Below the pieces are notes generated by a model that was not told where the DNA came from, searched no databases, and saw only the letters and a program-made list of their open reading frames with translations. The position numbers and the translations under genes are program-made. Source: the human T2T-CHM13v2.0 reference genome, Homo sapiens. Taken from it: a DNA stretch of 64,000 nt. Location of the stretch: assembly GCF_009914755.1 (NCBI RefSeq), contig NC_060927.1, one strand, 5' to 3'. Positions 57,640 through 64,000 of the stretch are shown piece by piece (the first letter of the stretch is position 1; each line of letters opens with the position of its first letter).

Positions 57640-57900
57640 GCTCTTTAGAGTTGGATGGGATGTCAGAGGTTATCTGGTATATTTTTCCATCTGATGCCTA
57701 AGTTGCCTCCAAATTTTCTAACATCTGAACACTCTGCGTGACCTAGAACATATTATCTCATTGGGCCAAGCATTCTGAATCAAGTAACTTTAATTTTAGA
57801 CAAGCTTCTTTATTGCATGAAATCCCAATGCTTCTCTTTTGAAATGCTAGTAATTAATTTTTGTCCTGACTTTTAGGGTTATATGAAAAAAGTCTTATTC
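57640..57900 (-). mobile_element. Ancient L3/CR1-like 3' fragment
   Basis: TTAGAGTTGGATGGGATGTCAGAGGTTATCTGGT...CTTTAATTTTAGACAAGCTTCTTT. Confidence 0.4.
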
Positions 57901-59039
57901 TTTCAAATTCCAGATGGAGAAGATTTACTACAAGCTACAATCAACCAGTCCAAACTAGATTAAGCAAAAAAGATAATAAATATTAATTCAATGCAGAATT
58001 GAGCAGGTAGAGTTTGGTCCTAAAGTGTGTGGCTTAATTACGATTTTGGCTTTCTATGTGTAAGACCCTCTCAGTGTACAGTAATTGTCTTATCTGTGGG
58101 ACAATTTGTTGCACTTAACATAAATTTTAGCAGTTTTATACAACACTATTGAACTAATTTGTTTTCTCCGTGTGTTTCTCTTGTGCATATCAACTTTACC
58201 TTTTGTTATGAATCTCCTTTTGGAACCAAATTTTAAGATTTATAATCATTATGCTTCATTTTTTCTGATATGAACTATGATAATAACCAGTTGATATCTC
58301 TGGTTTGAATCACCTGTAAATTTTATGATTATGTCAAGTATGTTCTTAGACTATATAATGCATATAGATAACCTAACACTATACTTGCTGCATGTAGACT
58401 CAAGGTCTATTTGAAGTAAACTAGCATCATTCAAAGTATTACTAAAATGGTTGAATGGGGCAAAGCATAAGATAAAATTCTGCCATAAGACTTTACTCTT
58501 CTATCATGACAAACTGACTTTAATCATCACATTTAGGTTGCACATCAACCTAGAGCCTGATCCAGGTTTTGTTTAGCCAACCGGAAACAAAGCAAAAAAC
58601 TTTAATCAAATGCCTGGCTGATATGTGTGCACGTGCATGTGCACACAAACACACATGTATACTATACGTACATTTGTATGCATATATGTGCATATATATG
58701 CAATCTAGACAAGCAACACTTAGCACACTAGCTGTCTGCTGTCTTGGATATATATTTTTTCCATAATGATTACATTTTATTTTTCAAATAAAAATAACAT
58801 TTACTTTATGTTGAGTTTTTACCATAGTTTGTAAGCCCAAGTGTCTTATTTGTCATAACTTAAGCTATCTGACCAGCTTAAAGTACTTAAGAAATGCCTA
58901 CTCAATAATTTATTCCAGAATTTTCTAGGAAATTATGTTTGATTCCTGATCTTCAGGAATCTACCTCTACCATCTAGGCATTTGTCTGACTCATTCTTCC
59001 AGTACCGATTTGACTTTCCAGGAGTCCCTGAAATTACAC

Positions 59040-59430
59040 TAGTGGATGCCGTGCCCAGATCCCCTCTTCAGGTTTGAAGCACTTAACTCCCTATAGCTGT
59101 TGCACCTGCTGGTGGTAAAGGCCTCAGCTGTCAGCCTGTCTAAAAATGTCCTTCAGCTGATGAAAGCTGCCTCACACACAGCCACGCTCTTTTCTGGGGA
59201 CAGCCTGGATCTGGTGACTCTTCCATACAGGAATGTAAAAACATACCCGCTTCTGACAGCTGAATAACCTCGAGGGCCCATCCCAGCCTCAGTGCTCTCC
59301 AGGAGATCACCCGAGCTCTTTGTAACTGCTTTGTAGCTCAACTTTTCTTTGCCAATCCTACTTCCTAATAAACTTTTTTCATGTTACTCTCCATCTCTGT
59401 CTGCTTCCCAGGGAACCCAATTTGAAGCAG
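59040..59430 (+). mobile_element. LTR16-family (ERVL) solo LTR
   Basis: TGCCGTGCCCAGATCCCC...GAGGGCCCATCCCAGC...CCTAATAAAC...TCTGCTTCCCAGGGAACCCAA. Confidence 0.7.
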
Positions 59431-59864
59431 TTACTGAGTCCAAGTCAGAGCTCTCATTTCTAAGTTCTCGGAGCAATGACTTGATTCATCTTGGCCAGAT
59501 AGCTTCTAATCCATTTTTACCCTTTAACTCCTTCTAGTCCTGCTTGAAATTTAATTATTTCTTAAACATTTGTGTTCAAATTTTCTAGTCATATCTACAT
59601 ACACAAAAAATAATTTTAGATCACTTTTTTTAAACTGGATAGCTAATGAGAAATGTTATCAAAAATATGAAAAACTTGTGTTTTATTATCTCAACCTTCA
59701 AAGTTTTAGTGAAAGCGTTGGCACAACTTCATTGGTAAAGATAATGGGGCATAAAATAGAGAGATTATTGTTTCTAGAATATACTGTTTTCTGGTAATAT
59801 TATTCACAGTTGGCATCAGGCTTTCTCTAGAAATTAATCTCATTTATTCAGTACATAAAAGTGT

Positions 59865-60850
59865 TATGAAACTATTAGACCTAATTAAAACTCCAATAAT
59901 TACCTGCTTATAAAATAATTTATAACTTTGTAGATAACAATAACTAGTTTGAAAAGAAAATGACAGTAACGGATCTCATCCAGAGTAAAAACAAAATTTA
60001 AAATCTTTAAAGATAAGCATAACAGAAATGTAAAGGGCCTATACAAAGAAAGCTACACTTTTTTTTTTTTTTTCTGAAGATGGAGTCTTGCTCTATTGCC
60101 CACACTGGAGTGCAATGGCGCCATCTCGGCTCACTGCAACCTCCAACAAAATTTTGTTAAGGCACACAGAAAAGATTTGAAAATGTAAGAAGACAAAGGT
60201 GGTGATTATCTCAAAATAAATAATTTTAAAAACACTATATGTATGCAGGCAATGAATTAAAATGCTTACGCTGTAAACAGCTCCAACAAGTTAATGATAA
60301 AACTATCAGCACCTTATTAAAAATATGGAGCAGAGATGTCTGAGTAATGGAACTGGCTCCACCATTTATTAACTTTGAATAACATGGTAGAGTACAAAGT
60401 CCCTGTGAGCCTGGGACTCCATATCGACTGCAAAGCAAATTGTCTACCTTATGGAGTTAATGCAAGGAACAATAGCGATGATGAAATCTCTAAAACACAC
60501 TGCCTGATTCTTGGCTGCCTTAATTAATTCAAATAATGACGGCTTTACTTAATCTTGTGAAAATAAATAAATAAATAAATATATATATGTATGCAAAATG
60601 AAAGAAAAAATCTACTCTAGAAATGGAGGAAATTAAAATAAACATTACAATGAAGCATCATATTTTACTTACAAAACTTGCAAATTTTAAGGATTTTAAT
60701 CACATTATTTACAATAACACAAAGTTTATAAATGCACAACAAATTGTGGAATTCTATATGTTGGCCATTGGATGGCTTTTAGAAAATGATCTTATTATAT
60801 TGTACAAGTACATTTGATGATATAAAAAATATTCACTATACTTTGACTGG
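59865..60850 (+). mobile_element. Very old L1M ORF2 fragments interrupted by an Alu and a MIR (~60325-60535)
   Basis: A-rich ORF2-like ATAACAGAAATGTAAAGGGCCTATACAAAGAAAGCTAC and AAACATTACAATGAAGCATCATATTTTAC. Confidence 0.5.
60059..60144 (-). mobile_element. 5'-truncated Alu (3' ~70 bp plus poly-A)
   Basis: T-run, then GATGGAGTCTTGCTCTATTGCCC...CTCACTGCAACCTCC. Confidence 0.9.
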
Positions 60851-61734
60851 AATGTTATTAAATTCCCAGGGAACCCATTTTGTTAATGAAGGAATAAAAA
60901 TGTAAATTCTAGTGAATAGTAGCCACATAGGAATATAACTGTTGTGTTATATTAGACCTTCCCCCCCAAAAAAAAGACTTAGGTAGGTATATTAAGGAGG
61001 ATTACATAGAAAATCGTGTTTGAATTGTAAAGGAGCCAAATGGGAAATGATGCCAATTGGCACATATTCTATGCATTAACTGGTACTTTCATGGTATAGT
61101 AAGCAAAATTATAGTATATTACTTAATTGCCTAGAAATCTCCATGTACTCATTCACACATTGTGAATTATAAATATTATTTTTACTTCCAAGTATTTTCC
61201 TCCCTGGAAGTGTATTGCTTCTTTGTTTTTAATACAAGAGTGTAAAAGGAAAGTATTCCACAACATTTTTAACTGTGTCAAGAACAGTAGCAAAAAATAT
61301 CTCTGATAGTGAAAATAACATAATTTCACTTAGGTGCACTGATGCTTGGTAAGATCATTTGTAGAATTATGGGCATTGCTTGAAGAACTGTTCTTAGTTA
61401 TTTATTTTACTGATAGAAAAAATATTTTGCTCCACATTGGTTGTAAAAATAATGTAGAGAATTAACTTCATCCTCTAGCAAATAAAAGTAAAAAAAGAAA
61501 AGTAAATTTTTATAAAATAGGAGATAGAAACATATTTAACTATTAATTATCAGAAAAATAAGTATCCCTGAATTTAACATAGTCCCTGTATTATTTTAGT
61601 GATATACTTTACAATGGAACAGTCAATGGAAATAAAGAATATTATTTGCTTATTAGAGGGAGGAATTTTGTACTTACTAAAATGTCCATAGTATACAAGT
61701 TCTCTTCAATTCGGATGGATTGTGAAAAGGTTAA

Positions 61735-62000
61735 AATTATATCTAATATATATAATGTAATCTTTCATTATTATAACATATTTATTATATATAATACAAT
61801 GTAACTATTATATTATGTATATAATATAATATATATTATATGATAAAAATTGTATAATATATAATATATACACATATATACTATATAATATATACTATTA
61901 TATATTATAATTATATATTATATTTGTATTAGATATTAAATACTATATAATATATACTTTTATATATTTTATATAATATATTGTAAAATTATATTATATC
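61735..62000. repeat. Degenerate (TA)n low-complexity tract
   Basis: Read directly. Confidence 0.85.
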
Positions 62001-62664
62001 TAATGATGAATATGTTACGATGAAAGGAATATATAATTGTCAGCTTTTTACAAACCATCTGAATTGAAGAGAAGTTGTGTACTATGGACATTTTATATAT
62101 TATAAAAGTTACAATATACTTTATAAATAATGCTGAATATATTATAATGATGTTCTTTTCAGTTGTGTATATGTATGTGAACCAGTGTTTTGCAAATCTA
62201 TAAGAAGAGAACCAGTCAGACAATTTACAAGGAAAAGATTTATGACTTGCTCACCATTGAAGAAATTGATAAGACATATAAGAATCACATGTTTTCAATC
62301 CACATTCCAGGAATCCCTAGGGATTATTTAAATCAGTGTGTCCCAGTCAAAATTTTTCTAGCAGGAGAAAAAGAAACAGAAAACAAAGAAGATAGCATGA
62401 AAAATGGTCTCAGTTAAAGATTACCAGGAAGGAAGGCATGAAAGGATACGAATTAATAACTTCCTCCCACCATCTCCCAGCCCTTCTGCAGCTTCCAGTA
62501 CAAGTGCACATGTCTCATTAGTTTTTGAATTCACACCTATTAGAATGGCTACAACTTTATTTCCATAAGTTCAAATATAATCATTTTCATTAAACAGGAA
62601 GTAACAAGCACAACTGAAGTGGTTTTCTTTCCGTGCTCCTCCTTAAAAATATGTGCTTACTTAC

Positions 62665-64000
62665 TGATATAGTTTGGCTGTGTTCCCACCCAAATCTCAT
62701 CTTGAATTGTAACTCCCACAATTCCCATGTATCGTGGGAGGAACCCAGTGGAAGGTAATTGAATCATGGGGGCGGGTCTTTCCCATGCTGTTCTTGTGAT
62801 GGTGAATAAGTCTCACGAGATCTGATGGTTTTAAAAAGGGGAGTTTCCCCGTATAAGCTCTCCTCTCTGCCACCATGTGAGATTCACCTTTCACCTTCCT
62901 CCATGATTGTGAGGCCTCCACAGCCCTGTGGAACTGTAAGTCCAATAAACATCTTTCTTTTGTAAATTGCCCAGTCTCAGATATGTCTTTATCAGCAGAG
63001 TGAAAACAGACTACTACGGTAAATTGGTACCAGCAGTGGGGTACTGCTGAAAAGATACCCGAAAATGTGGAAGCAACTTTGGAACTGGGTAGCAGGCAGG
63101 GGCTGCAACAGTTTGGAGGGCTCAGAAAAAGACAGGAAAATGTGGGAAAGTTTGGAACTCCCCATAGACTTGTTGAATGACTTTATCCAAAATGCTGATA
63201 GTGATATGGACCATAAAGTCCAGGCTGAGATGGTCTCAGATGGAAATGAGGAACTTGTTGGGAACAGTAGCAAAAGGTGACTCTTGTTATGTTTTAGCAA
63301 AGACACTAAGCATTTTTCCCCTGCCCTAGAGATTTGTGGAACTTTGAACTTGGAGAGATGATTTAGGGTATCTGGTGAAATAAATTTCTAAGCAGCAAAG
63401 CATTCAAGAGGTGACTTGGGTGCTGTTAAAGGCATTCATTTTTATAACAGAAGCAGCATAAAGCTTTGGAAAATTTGCAGCCTGACAATGTGATAGAAAA
63501 GAAAATCCCAGCAGGGCATGGTGGCTCACGCCTGTAATCCCAGCACTTTGGGAGGCTGAGGTGAGCACATCACCTGAGGTCAGGAGTTCAAGACCAGCCT
63601 GGCCAACATGGGAAAACCCCGTCTCTACTAAAAAAAAAAATACAAAAAATTAGCCAGGCGCAGTGGCGGGTGCCTATAATCCCAGCTACTCGGGAAGCTG
63701 AGGCAGGGAGAATTGCTTGAACCGGGGAGGCGGAAGTTGCAGTGAGCTGAGATTGCACCACTTGCACTCCAGCTTGGACAACAGAGCGAGACTCCATCTC
63801 AAAAAAAAAGAAAAAAGAAAAAAAGAAAATCCCATTTTTTGAGAAGAAATCCTAGACAACTACAGAAATTTGCATAAGTCATGAGGAGCCGAATGTTAAT
63901 CCCTAAGAAAATGGGGAAAATGTCTCCAGGGCATGCCAGAGGTCTTTCCAGCAGCCCCTCCCATCAAAGGCCCAGAGGCCTAGGAGGTAAAAGTGGTTTT
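62665..64000 (+). mobile_element. THE1B-like MaLR: 5' LTR 62665-63018 plus internal region running off the right edge
   Basis: TGATATAGTTTGGCTGTGTTCCCACCCAAATCTCATCTTG. Internal peptide MWESLELPIDLLNDFIQNAD (ORF 63065-63280). Confidence 0.92.
63511..63820 (+). mobile_element. AluS (Sx/Sq) inserted in THE1B-int, perfect 14-bp TSD
   Basis: TSD AAAAGAAAATCCCA at 63497-63510 and 63821-63834. Confidence 0.95.

Overview
This is AT-rich primate genomic DNA, hominoid and most likely human or great ape. It is intronic or intergenic and dominated by interspersed repeats. I cannot support any host protein-coding gene, RNA gene or CRISPR array. Every recognisable ORF is a decayed LINE-1, Alu or MaLR reading frame. 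Main elements: an L1PA3-like LINE-1 with intact 5' end running off the left edge (-, 1-5135) and inserted in a Tigger4; a full-length L1PA16-like element with TSD (15038-21847); a complete THE1C-like MaLR provirus (22973-25231); a second old L1 (about 35485-42217) carrying a MER11D-like solo LTR; a 5'-inverted (twin-primed) L1PA3 (49997-53130); a THE1B running off the right edge; eight Alus; and many MIR, L2, MLT and DNA-transposon fossils. I found no new biological system. The best signals are repair and retrotransposition scars: a duplicated L1 inversion junction, a permuted MLT2 insert ending in a fold-back palindrome, a poly(A)-only insertion with a perfect TSD, a 59-bp templated copy 1.56 kb from its source, and a 4 x 101-bp tandem repeat. 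Subfamily names come from remembered consensus features and need RepeatMasker/Dfam confirmation. Boundaries of old repeats are approximate.
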